Positions 14,267 to 22,200 of a stretch of 24,000 bases of DNA are shown here, piece after piece. Below the pieces are notes generated by a model. That model was not told the origin of the DNA, made no database searches, and was given only the letters and a program-made list of their open reading frames with translations. Origin of the DNA: Desulfitobacterium hafniense DCB-2 (lineage in GTDB: Bacteria; Bacillota; Desulfitobacteriia; Desulfitobacteriales; Desulfitobacteriaceae). The stretch covers positions 222,346 through 246,345 of the forward strand of contig NC_011830.1 in NCBI RefSeq assembly GCF_000021925.1, given 5' to 3'. The first letter of the stretch is position 1. Every line of letters begins with the position of its first letter. Position numbers and translations under genes: made by a program.

Positions 14267-15082
14267 ATGCTGACCTCCTTGCAGAATGAGCAAGTCAAAT
14301 ATGTGGTCAATCTCCATAAGCGGAAGTTCCGTGAGGAGAACGGTGAGTTTCTGATCGAAGGCTGGCGCTTTGTGGAAGAGGGCCTTGCCCGGGGTGCTCA
14401 TTTGACAAAGGTGTTCTTTTGCTCTGAATGCAAAAATGAATCATGGCCGCAGCTGGCGGAGGCCCTGAAAGTTAAAGGGGTACCGGTTATCGAAGTGGAT
14501 GAACGGGTGCTTCGCAAAATGAGCGATACGGAAAATCCTCAGGGAATTCTGGCCGTTGTTAAGCAGTCCAGGTGGACCTGGGATGATTTTATAGAAATAG
14601 TTAATCCGGCGGGCAGGAGTGCCATACCCATGCTGTTGATCCTGGATGGAGTTCAGGATCCCGGCAACTGCGGAACGATACTGAGGACGGCCTTGGCTGC
14701 AGGGGTAACTCAAGTCTGTCTGACGGAAGGAACCGTGGATCTCTATAATCTTAAGGTGCTGAGGAGCACCATGGGAGCGATCTTTTCTCTGAACATAGTC
14801 ACCCATTGCCAGCCGGAGGAGATTCTTAAGGTGTGCCGGAGCCATAAGATTCCTGTTTTTGTCGGCGATGTTGAGGGAACGGATCTTTATGAGACTCATT
14901 TTGCGCAGCCGATGGCTTTGGTTGTGGGCAATGAGGGAAACGGACCTTCCGCCGCCTTTCAGGGCCCTGGGGTGAAGCGGATTACTATCCCGATGAGCCA
15001 TCAGGTGGAATCTCTCAATGTGGCGATGGCAACAGGAATTATTCTTTATGAAGTAAGGCGCAGAATGACCTCAACAACTTGA
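14267..15082 (+). CDS. TrmH/SpoU-family RNA 2'-O-methyltransferase (YsgA-like)
   Basis: SpoU motifs LVVGNEGNGPS and IPMSHQVESLNVAMATGIILYE. Its position between rplT and pheS matches Bacillus ysgA. I chose ATG at 14267 because the track's GTG at 14225 lies inside the rplT terminator. Confidence 0.85.
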   Translation: MLTSLQNEQVKYVVNLHKRKFREENGEFLIEGWRFVEEGLARGAHLTKVFFCSECKNESWPQLAEALKVKGVPVIEVDERVLRKMSDTENPQGILAVVKQSRWTWDDFIEIVNPAGRSAIPMLLILDGVQDPGNCGTILRTALAAGVTQVCLTEGTVDLYNLKVLRSTMGAIFSLNIVTHCQPEEILKVCRSHKIPVFVGDVEGTDLYETHFAQPMALVVGNEGNGPSAAFQGPGVKRITIPMSHQVESLNVAMATGIILYEVRRRMTSTT

Positions 15083-15109
15083 AAATAGCGGCTTTTGGAC
15101 CAGGTTTTC

Positions 15110-15138
15110 TTGTAAACGGCCGCGGGTGGTGCTATAAT
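15110..15138 (+). promoter_or_regulatory. Sigma-A promoter with an extended -10
   Basis: TTGTAA (15110-15115), a 17-nt spacer, then TGcTATAAT (15130-15138). Confidence 0.55.
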
Positions 15139-15184
15139 TTCAATGAACAGGTTTAAGAATCCAGGCCGAAAGGTGGGCTTAACC

Positions 15185-15304
15185 ATGTCACCCGCAGAGT
15201 GGTTATGGAAGATTTTTGAGGCAACCGGTTCCCCAAATGCCTACTTGCTGTATAGGCAGTACACTCTGAACAACAATCTGGCAATGAATAAGAAAATGCA
15301 ATGA
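15185..15304 (+). CDS. Small YqzL-family-like protein (39 aa), below the ORF-track length cutoff
   Basis: ATG at 15185 is preceded by AAAGGTGGG. The product is MSPAEWLWKIFEATGSPNAYLLYRQYTLNNNLAMNKKMQ. The W-K-[IL]-F-x-x-T-G-x-x-x-x-Y-L-L-[FY]-[KR] pattern resembles my memory of Bacillus YqzL (PF14006). Confidence 0.5.
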   Translation: MSPAEWLWKIFEATGSPNAYLLYRQYTLNNNLAMNKKMQ

Positions 15305-15329
15305 TCAGGTTAAAAGGAGCTTTTCTTTT

Positions 15330-15561
15330 TCAGGGAGGTTAAGCCTAAGACTGAAAGCTTAACCAAGAGGAGTCCTCAGTTCCGGCTGATGCCGGAGGTG
15401 TTAAATTTCCCCTGTGAGTGGTTTGCTGAACTAAGAATTAGGTAAACCCGGTCTCCACCGTTAGCGGAGAAGGAAGCTGCGGCTCATCATTGAGCTGAAC
15501 CAGGGTGGTACCGCGGGAGTTATTTCTCGTCCCTTTTATAGGGATGAGAATTTTTGTTTTT
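15330..15561 (+). promoter_or_regulatory. T-box riboswitch leader controlling pheS-pheT
   Basis: T-box consensus GGGTGGTACCGCG at 15503-15515, preceded by the stem III hairpin GCTCA-tcat-TGAGC. Terminator ttctcgtccc (15524-15533) / gggatgagaa (15541-15550) plus a T-run to 15561. The 5' boundary is approximate. Confidence 0.85.
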
Positions 15562-15612
15562 ATATAGGATGGATTAAGTCAAAGGTTAAATCTTAACTTA
15601 GGAGGGTTTTCG

Positions 15613-16635
15613 TTGAAACAGGAAGTTCATCGTATTCAAGAAGAAACACTGGCAGAGCTTCAGCAGGTCTCGACTTTGGAAGCACTGCAGGAGCTGAAGG
15701 TTAAGGTTCTCGGCAAAAAAGGCTCCCTCACCGCTCAATTGCGGAAGATGGGCGGCTTAAGCCCGGAAGAGCGGCCGATTTTTGGTCAGGTGGTCAATGA
15801 AACGCGGGATATCTTGGAAGCGGCCTGGGTTCGTCGTGAGGAAGAGCTGTCCCAAGCGGCTATGCTGAAACAGCTGGAAGAGGAAAAGCTGGATATTAGT
15901 CTGCCTGGAGTAAGTCTGCCCCGGGGACATCAGCATCCTTTGACCAAGGTCATCGAAGAAATCGAAGAGATTTTTTTAGGGATGGGCTTCCAGATTGCTG
16001 AAGGTCCGGAGATTGAGAGTGATTATTATAATTTTGAGGCATTGAACCTGCCTAAGGATCATCCTGCCCGGGAAATGCAGGACTCTTTCTATATAACGGA
16101 AGAGATCCTTTTACGGACTCAGACTTCACCGGTTCAGATACGAACGATGGAGAAGCAGCGGCCTCAACTTCCGGTGAAGATCATCTGTCCGGGTAAAGTC
16201 TATCGGAATGATGATGATGCCACCCACTCGCCGATGTTCCATCAAGTGGAAGGATTGATGGTGGATCGGGGGATTCGTATGTCGGATCTTAAAGGAATCC
16301 TCTTAAGCTTCTCAAGAATGATGTTTGGGGAGTCCCGGGAGATTCGCTTGCGTCCCAGTTTCTTCCCCTTCACTGAACCCAGTGCCGAGGTGGATGTATC
16401 CTGCATGCTTTGCGGCGGAGCCGGCTGCCGGATCTGTAAAGGCACCGGCTGGATTGAGATTCTGGGCTCCGGTATGGTTCATCCCAGGGTTCTGGAAATG
16501 GGCGGCTATGACTCCAAAGAATTAACAGGCTTTGCTTTTGGTATGGGTGTAGAACGGATCGCCATGCTGAAGTACGGCATTGAAGATATGCGGCTTTTAT
16601 TCGATAACGACTTGCGCTTTTTGCAGCAGTTTTAA
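15613..16635 (+). CDS. pheS: Phenylalanine--tRNA ligase alpha subunit
   Basis: 340 aa with class II aaRS motifs ([36 protein letters not shown]). TTG start lies 6 nt after GGAGGG. Confidence 0.97.
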   Translation: MKQEVHRIQEETLAELQQVSTLEALQELKVKVLGKKGSLTAQLRKMGGLSPEERPIFGQVVNETRDILEAAWVRREEELSQAAMLKQLEEEKLDISLPGVSLPRGHQHPLTKVIEEIEEIFLGMGFQIAEGPEIESDYYNFEALNLPKDHPAREMQDSFYITEEILLRTQTSPVQIRTMEKQRPQLPVKIICPGKVYRNDDDATHSPMFHQVEGLMVDRGIRMSDLKGILLSFSRMMFGESREIRLRPSFFPFTEPSAEVDVSCMLCGGAGCRICKGTGWIEILGSGMVHPRVLEMGGYDSKELTGFAFGMGVERIAMLKYGIEDMRLLFDNDLRFLQQF

Positions 16636-16647
16636 GGAGGCAGGGGT

Positions 16648-19053
16648 ATGAAGGTCAGTTTGGAATGGTTACGGGAATATGTAGATATCGCTCAGACTGC
16701 TGAGGATTTAGCGGAAAGCTTAACCCGGGGCGGGATTGAGGTCGGTGGCGTTGAGTATCTGAATCAAGGGCTGGAGGCAGTCGTGGTCGGCGAAATCACC
16801 CGCATGGAACATCATCCTAATGCGGATAAGCTGTGGATCTGCGAAGTGAACCTGGGAGACAGGTCCACGACCATCGTTACAGGAGCTCAGAATCTGCTGG
16901 TCGGGGATCGGATTCCGGTGGCTTTGCCGGGAACCACGCTGCCCAACGGAGTTCATATCGAAGTCTCGAAGCTGCGGGGAGTGGAATCTTCAGGGATGCT
17001 CTGTTCCACTGAGGAGCTTCATTTGGACTCCGGCTTAGGGGACCCGCGCAGTGAAGGCGGCATTCTTATCTTAGAGAAGGAGACTCCCTTAGGGGCAACC
17101 ATGGATACCGTTCTTGGCGAAGGGGATTGCGTCCTGGATCTGGAACTCTATCCCAACCGTCCCGATTGTTTGGGTATGGTGAATGTGGCGCGGGAGGTTG
17201 CTTCTTTGACCGGGGAAGCACTGCATCTGCCTGCATGGGCGGAGGGGTCCCAAGGCCCGGATTACCCAGGGGATCCTAAGGCCAGGATTGTTCTGGATGA
17301 TCCGGGTCTGTGCCAGCGCTATGCCGGCTTAGTCGTAGAAGATGTCAACATTGAGCCTTCTCCGGAGTGGATGCAGAAACGTCTTAAAGCAGCAGGAGTG
17401 CGCCCGATCAGCAATATTGTGGATATTACCAACTACATTATGCTGGAGATGGGACAGCCTTTGCATGCGTTTGATCGGGATGCCATCGCCGGCGCTGTCC
17501 ACGTTCGCCGGGCCCGTGCTGGAGAGAAGCTGGTGACCCTTGATGATATAGAGCGGGAGCTTGATCCGGAAATGCTGCTCATTGCTGATGACGAGAAAGC
17601 CCTTGGTTTGGCAGGGGTCATGGGTGGCTTAAACAGTGAAATCACCGACTCCACCAAAAGGATCTTCGTGGAATCGGCTCATTTTTCCAGTGTCAGCATT
17701 CGCCGCACCAGCCGTCGTTTGGGACTGCGCTCAGAGGCATCCAATCGTTTTGAAAAAGGGGTTAATCCACATGGTGTAGCGGCGACCCTGGGCCGTGTAG
17801 CTGAGTTGGTTATCCAGCTGGGAGCCGGAAAACCGGTAGGGTTTGTCGAACAAGCGGGGCAGCTCCCAGAGCCTGCGGCGGTTTCCCTTACTGTGGAAAA
17901 GACCAATTCCCTTCTGGGAACGGCTCTTACTGAGGAAGAGATTACCGGGGTTCTCAAACGCTTGCGTTTTCCTTATCAAGAAAAGGATAGGGGATATGAA
18001 GTTCAGATTCCTACCTATCGTTCCGATATTACTATTGAAGAAGATTTAATTGAAGAAGTGGCCCGTTTGACAGGCTATGATCGGATTCCCACGACCTTGC
18101 CCCAAGGAGATCAGACTCAGGGACGGAGAACTCCTGAGCAGGAATTTAAGCGTACGCTCCGCCATCTTCTGGTTGGTTTGGGTCTGAATGAGGTCATGAC
18201 CTATTCCTTCACCCGCCCCGATGCCGATCGCCAGTTTGGGGATATGGATCAGGCTATTCCGTTGCTGAATCCGCTGCGGGAAGAGTTAAGTGTGATGCGG
18301 ACTGCTTTGCTTCCTAGCATTATGGAGATTGCCGCCCGGAATATCTCCCGCAGGAACCTGGATATTCGGCTCTTCGAGATGGGCAGTATTTATAAGAGCA
18401 AGGAGCGCCCCTTGGTCAGGCTTCCTCAAGAGGAGCTGCATTTGGCCGGGGTGATCTGGGGCAAATCCTCCCGCCATTGGCTGACCCCGGTAACGGAGTA
18501 TGATTTCTATACAGTGAAAGGGATTCTGGAGGAAGTGGCTCGTGAGTTTGGTCTGGAGTTCGACTATCGGCTGCCCAATAATCAGGAGCTCACCCATCCG
18601 GGGCGTTCCGCAGATATCTACCTCAACGGGGTAAAGATCGGTCTGATGGGCGAAATTCATCCTGCTTTAGGCAAAGAGTGGGAACTGGAAAGGGCCTTGA
18701 TTTTTGAACTGGCTGTGGCTCCCATGCTGGAGGCCGGCAACCGGACCATTCGAGCTTTCTCCATACCGAAGTTTCCGGCGATGCAGCGGGATTTGGCTGT
18801 AGTGGTACCGCTGGAGGTCTCCGCCCAGGATGTTATGAAACGGATTAAGGAGCTGGGAGGAACGCTTTTGGTTCAGGTGAATATCTTCGATGTCTATACC
18901 GGCAAACCTATTCCCGAAGATCGTAAGAGCCTGGCTTTTGCGCTGAAGTATCAAGCCTTGGATCGAACTCTGAAGGACGAAGAGGTCAATGCCTTAAATC
19001 AGCAAGTTCTTGAAGGGATTGAAAAGGAATTTGGAGCTGCCTGGAGAAAATAG
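16648..19053 (+). CDS. pheT: Phenylalanine--tRNA ligase beta subunit
   Basis: 801 aa. N-terminal tRNA-binding (EMAP/OB) domain with HPNADKLWICEV, B3/4 and B5 domains, and a C-terminal FDX-ACB domain (DVYTGKPIPEDRKSLAF). Confidence 0.97.
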   Translation: MKVSLEWLREYVDIAQTAEDLAESLTRGGIEVGGVEYLNQGLEAVVVGEITRMEHHPNADKLWICEVNLGDRSTTIVTGAQNLLVGDRIPVALPGTTLPNGVHIEVSKLRGVESSGMLCSTEELHLDSGLGDPRSEGGILILEKETPLGATMDTVLGEGDCVLDLELYPNRPDCLGMVNVAREVASLTGEALHLPAWAEGSQGPDYPGDPKARIVLDDPGLCQRYAGLVVEDVNIEPSPEWMQKRLKAAGVRPISNIVDITNYIMLEMGQPLHAFDRDAIAGAVHVRRARAGEKLVTLDDIERELDPEMLLIADDEKALGLAGVMGGLNSEITDSTKRIFVESAHFSSVSIRRTSRRLGLRSEASNRFEKGVNPHGVAATLGRVAELVIQLGAGKPVGFVEQAGQLPEPAAVSLTVEKTNSLLGTALTEEEITGVLKRLRFPYQEKDRGYEVQIPTYRSDITIEEDLIEEVARLTGYDRIPTTLPQGDQTQGRRTPEQEFKRTLRHLLVGLGLNEVMTYSFTRPDADRQFGDMDQAIPLLNPLREELSVMRTALLPSIMEIAARNISRRNLDIRLFEMGSIYKSKERPLVRLPQEELHLAGVIWGKSSRHWLTPVTEYDFYTVKGILEEVAREFGLEFDYRLPNNQELTHPGRSADIYLNGVKIGLMGEIHPALGKEWELERALIFELAVAPMLEAGNRTIRAFSIPKFPAMQRDLAVVVPLEVSAQDVMKRIKELGGTLLVQVNIFDVYTGKPIPEDRKSLAFALKYQALDRTLKDEEVNALNQQVLEGIEKEFGAAWRK

Positions 19054-19075
19054 TATAGTATCTGGGGGGTGTCAT

Positions 19076-19333
19076 ATGGCTGAAGAAAATGAAAAGGTCA
19101 TTGTTGAGATATTTGGGGAAAAACATGTGATTCGCGGACAGGAAAGCCCGGAGCATATCCTGAAGGTTGCCCGTGAAGTAGATAAAAAGATGCGTCTCAT
19201 TGCCCAACGGACACCGCGCTTAGCCATTCATCAAATCGCCATTCTGGCCGCGCTGAATCTAGCCGACGAGTTGGAAAAAATCAAGGAAGAACAAGAAACT
19301 CTCATGCAGCTCATTGAAGCGCAAGAAGAATAA
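19076..19333 (+). CDS. zapA: Cell division protein ZapA
   Basis: 85 aa. VEIFGEKHVIRG...ILKVAREVDKKM...IAILAALNLADEL followed by a coiled-coil tail. Conserved position after pheT in Firmicutes. ATG at 19076 is preceded by GGGGGGTG. Confidence 0.8.
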   Translation: MAEENEKVIVEIFGEKHVIRGQESPEHILKVAREVDKKMRLIAQRTPRLAIHQIAILAALNLADELEKIKEEQETLMQLIEAQEE

Positions 19334-19349
19334 GGAGATCAGAGAGAAA

Positions 19350-19376
19350 GGGGACTGGCGCGACAGTCCCCTTTTT
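19350..19376 (+). terminator. Intrinsic terminator after zapA
   Basis: Stem ggggactg (19350-19357) / cagtcccc (19364-19371) followed by TTTTT. Confidence 0.85.
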
Positions 19377-19402
19377 GGCTGGGTAGATACCCTGGGCAAG
19401 GG

Positions 19403-19460
19403 TTATTGACATATGCCTGAAACTAAGATATTATTTCCTATAAAGGGCATATGTCAATAA
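19403..19460. repeat. Perfect 15-bp inverted repeat (TTATTGACATATGCC / GGCATATGTCAATAA) separated by 28 bp; candidate operator pair
   Basis: Left arm 19403-19417, right arm 19446-19460, exact reverse complements. The arms bracket the predicted promoter. Confidence 0.9.
19406..19434 (+). promoter_or_regulatory. Sigma-A promoter of the NifX-like gene
   Basis: TTGACA (19406-19411, inside the left repeat arm), a 17-nt spacer, then TATTAT (19429-19434). Confidence 0.55.
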
Positions 19461-19504
19461 TGACTTATCTTGCTCTCAGTTGAAGTACATGGAGGTAGGA
19501 ATGT

Positions 19505-19867
19505 ATGAAAATAGCCTTGCCCTCTCGCCAGAACAGGATTGATGACCACTTTGGCCATTGTGAGTATTTCACAGTGTTCTCTGTCGATGAAGGAAAGAAA
19601 GAACTGGTGGATCAAGAAACAGTCTCTTCTCCCGTGGGATGTGGCTGTAAATCCAACATTGCCCAAACACTTGCTGAAATGGGTGTAACACTCATGTTAG
19701 CCGGCAATATGGGTGAGGGTGCCGTTAGGGTACTGAGCAACTCGGGCATTTCCGTAATACGGGGATGTTCAGGAGAAGTTAAATCGGTAGCACAGCAATG
19801 GCTTGAAGGGACATTGGAAGACTCTGGAGACTCTTGCCATGAACACGAGCACAGCTGTCAGCATTAA
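19505..19867 (+). CDS. NifX/NifB-C-terminal family (dinitrogenase FeMo-cofactor-binding fold) protein with a His/Cys-rich tail
   Basis: MKIALPS...IDDHFGHCEYFTVF...GVTLMLAGNMGEGAVRVLSNSGISV is typical of PF02579-type small proteins. The C-terminal tail is DSGDSCHEHEHSCQH. GGAGGT SD. Confidence 0.8.
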   Translation: MKIALPSRQNRIDDHFGHCEYFTVFSVDEGKKELVDQETVSSPVGCGCKSNIAQTLAEMGVTLMLAGNMGEGAVRVLSNSGISVIRGCSGEVKSVAQQWLEGTLEDSGDSCHEHEHSCQH

Positions 19868-19898
19868 AAGGACCTGGCAAAGGGTCTGGTACCTCATG

Positions 19899-19930
19899 AA
19901 AGCGTAATTTTAAAGAGTTACGCTTTTTTT
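19899..19930 (+). terminator. Intrinsic terminator after the NifX-like gene
   Basis: Stem aaagcgtaa (19899-19907) / ttacgcttt (19918-19926) with a T-run to 19930. Confidence 0.75.
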
Positions 19931-19954
19931 GCCCTGAAAAGGGAGCCTGAAGAA

Positions 19955-19992
19955 CAAAAAAGAAGAAGAACCAGACCTGCTGATTCTTCTTC
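19955..19992 (-). terminator. Intrinsic terminator of the minus-strand flavoprotein/cytochrome operon
   Basis: On the minus strand, stem GAAGAAGAA / TTCTTCTTC (19962-19970 and 19984-19992 in plus coordinates) is followed by TTTTTTT (19955-19961). Confidence 0.7.
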
Positions 19993-20010
19993 ATGTCAAA
20001 TCACTGTCGC

Positions 20011-20391
20011 TTATTTGTGTTTCTTAAAGGCGAAGAGATATACCGCAAGCAATAGAAGAACAACAACACCGACGATTAACGCCGGACTCACCGCACCTGT
20101 TGTATCCGCAGAATCCGGCTGCTCCTTGGCAACCTGCGGGGATTCCTGTGCAGGTTCTTGGGGTGACGGAGTCGGCTGCACAGGTGCCGGAGCTGGTGGC
20201 GCTGGCTCCGGCTCAGTGGCCGGTTCGCCGGAGCCGCCATGTTCCCCTTCCTCATGGCAGGGAGTACAGGTTACACCGTCTTCACTCATATCCGGATAGG
20301 CGTTGGTGGTGGCGGCATTGAAGAAAATCCCCAAGGAAAGTCCTAAGAATAAGGTCATAAGCAAGAGAAATCTGCTTGTTTTTTTGTTCAT
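20011..20391 (-). CDS. Stalked, C-terminally membrane-anchored mini cytochrome c (single CXXCH)
   Basis: 126 aa. Signal peptide (cleavage near TNA|YP). A segment of about 25 aa carries CTPCH and a nearby His (EEGEHGG). A Pro/Ala/Glu-rich linker follows (EPEPAPPAPAPVQPTPSPQEPAQESPQ), then a C-terminal TM plus KKHK. GAGGGG SD. It starts 35 nt downstream of the flavoprotein gene. Confidence 0.65.
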   Translation of the reverse strand: MNKKTSRFLLLMTLFLGLSLGIFFNAATTNAYPDMSEDGVTCTPCHEEGEHGGSGEPATEPEPAPPAPAPVQPTPSPQEPAQESPQVAKEQPDSADTTGAVSPALIVGVVVLLLLAVYLFAFKKHK

Positions 20392-20426
20392 TTATCTTAC
20401 CCCTCTGATTGCTCTAAGCGCCAAAT

Positions 20427-22046
20427 TTATATTTGTTTTCCCGCCAGCCAGCCAAAGGTGCCGGCCAGAGCGATACTTCCGGTATAGATGCTTCTCATAA
20501 CGCCGCCGGCTGCCGGAGGAACGGCATAGAGGCCTGGGATAGGCTGCTTCTGGTGATCAAGGACCTGTACGTTTTCATTGATAGCCAATCCGCCGAAGTT
20601 GCAATAGATTTGTCCTGTGACCGGTACGCCATAGAAGGGCGGGGTGCTGATTTTATTCAGGTTATATTCTCTGGGTACTTCCAGTTCCATGGTCGTCCCC
20701 TTATCAATAGCTGCATTGTACTCTCGGATGGTTTTCAACAAGTTGGCCTTATAGACACCGGCCTTTTCCATATTCGCGGCAAATTCCTCCAAAGTGGCCC
20801 CTTCGATTACTTTTACGCCTTCGTCCTTAATAATTTTCATCATAGCGCTTGTGCTGGGGTTGGCGTCATACATGGCCTGGTCGCCGATGACAAAGGCCAT
20901 CCCTTCAGGCTGAACGAGAACCGCATCGGTGAGGCGGGGATATTTGGAGTCGATAGGATGGGCTTCATCCTTAAAGCGCTTGCCGTTGAGATTAACGACG
21001 ATAGCGGGAACCAATTCCGGCAGGACTGTGCCGGTTCCGAACCAGGGAGGATTAGGCCGTCCTTTATTGATACCGGCCATGCTGTTGGGATCGGTTTCGA
21101 TTATTTTTTCATAAGCTGCCGGATCATCCGTAACTGCGTTATTATGGGTGACACAGACCAGGGTTCCCGACCAGGTGCTTAGGCCTTCACTAAGCATGGC
21201 TCCGACTCCCTGGCCCATCCTTAGACCGTCTCCTGTTGCGTAAGGGACGCCCATGACTTTGGTTCTGTAGGCATAAGGCCCTACAAACTGGGTCAGCAAA
21301 CCTTTGTTGGCGAAGAAGTTTCCGGTGGCCAGAATAACTGCGCCTGCTTTGACATATTTCGGTTCTTCCCCTTGGGTGACGATCTTTAAGCCTACGACTT
21401 TTTCGCCGTCCGTGATCAGGTTAAGACCTCTTGTTTTCAGCAGGACGGTACCGCCTTTGGCTTTTACATAGTCCTCAATGGCCTTAAAATAATTCCGCAG
21501 ACCGGCATAGCCTTTGTCTTCCTTTGTTCCCATCTTCCACTCTTTGTCACCAATGGAGTTGGGTACCTTATCCTGAGGGCGTCCGTTGGGCCCGGCCTGG
21601 GGGCCCATGATATAGACAGGCGCGCCTACCGTATTTTGAACCCAGGGCATGAATTCTCCCTTAAAGGTTTCAAAGAAGAGCTTGCCCAGGACAGGATCAT
21701 GAAGCCCTTCGCTGTACTCCATATATTCTTCATAGGTTTGGGTGCCGAAGGTATGGAGAATCCCGCCGGACCAAGCCGAGCCGCCGCCGACAATGCCGCT
21801 GATCTCCACCAGCAGTACCTTTTTCCCTCTTTCCGCTGCTGTAGCTGCTGCGCAGAGGCCGCCGTGTCCGCCGCCGACCACCACAGCATCCACTTCATAA
21901 TCCCAGCTTCTGCCGGCAGGGGAAGCATCGGAGTTGGGTTTAACGGTTTCAGGGGTGCCGCAGGCCGTCAGCATACTTGCTCCGGCTAGAGCAGCCGCAC
22001 CAACGGTTGCCTTTTTCAAGAAATTTCTTCGGTTCATGTTTTCCAT
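20427..22046 (-). CDS. Tat-exported lipoprotein FAD-dependent oxidoreductase (fumarate reductase/succinate dehydrogenase flavoprotein-like, FAD_binding_2)
   Basis: Tat motif NRRNFLKK with lipobox LTA|C. Dinucleotide-binding VVVGGGHGGLCAAATAAERGKKVLLVE. Also ATGDG and C-terminal IPGLYAV..AAGG motifs. Confidence 0.9.
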   Translation of the reverse strand: MENMNRRNFLKKATVGAAALAGASMLTACGTPETVKPNSDASPAGRSWDYEVDAVVVGGGHGGLCAAATAAERGKKVLLVEISGIVGGGSAWSGGILHTFGTQTYEEYMEYSEGLHDPVLGKLFFETFKGEFMPWVQNTVGAPVYIMGPQAGPNGRPQDKVPNSIGDKEWKMGTKEDKGYAGLRNYFKAIEDYVKAKGGTVLLKTRGLNLITDGEKVVGLKIVTQGEEPKYVKAGAVILATGNFFANKGLLTQFVGPYAYRTKVMGVPYATGDGLRMGQGVGAMLSEGLSTWSGTLVCVTHNNAVTDDPAAYEKIIETDPNSMAGINKGRPNPPWFGTGTVLPELVPAIVVNLNGKRFKDEAHPIDSKYPRLTDAVLVQPEGMAFVIGDQAMYDANPSTSAMMKIIKDEGVKVIEGATLEEFAANMEKAGVYKANLLKTIREYNAAIDKGTTMELEVPREYNLNKISTPPFYGVPVTGQIYCNFGGLAINENVQVLDHQKQPIPGLYAVPPAAGGVMRSIYTGSIALAGTFGWLAGKQI

Positions 22047-22114
22047 GTTTTCTCCTCCTCATTTGATTTGTTGATGCCATTATAAGAATCGAGTATGCTT
22101 GTATTATCTCGGAG

Positions 22115-22130
22115 GGAATCCGGAAATTCC
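22115..22130. promoter_or_regulatory. Candidate LysR-type binding dyad in the divergent intergenic region
   Basis: GGAAT-ccggaa-ATTCC palindrome, plus a second GAATCC half-site 21 bp away (22137-22142). It lies about 30-50 bp upstream of a minus-strand TATAAT (22088-22093) that lacks a good -35. Confidence 0.3.
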
Positions 22131-22200
22131 AACAAAGAATCCTTAGGCCGCCTTTAAGAAAATTTTGTGATAGAAATTACAAGTATAGGGGCGTTGTACA

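Noticed and set aside
14441-15001. 186-aa minus-strand ORF
   Set aside because: It is antisense to the TrmH/SpoU methyltransferase gene, which has conserved SpoU motifs. It is a shadow ORF.
20100-20260. GC-rich, repeat-looking stretch (ggtgccggagctggtggcgctggctccggc...)
   Set aside because: It is explained as the minus-strand coding sequence of the Pro/Ala/Glu-rich linker of the 126-aa cytochrome. It is not a tandem DNA repeat, a CRISPR array or an independent element.
20433-21182. 249-aa plus-strand ORF (with smaller ones at 20929-21114 and 21636-21989)
   Set aside because: It lies entirely antisense to the 539-aa flavoprotein gene, which has clear Tat, FAD and C-terminal motifs. The plus-strand product has no start context or recognisable motif and has the composition of a shadow ORF.
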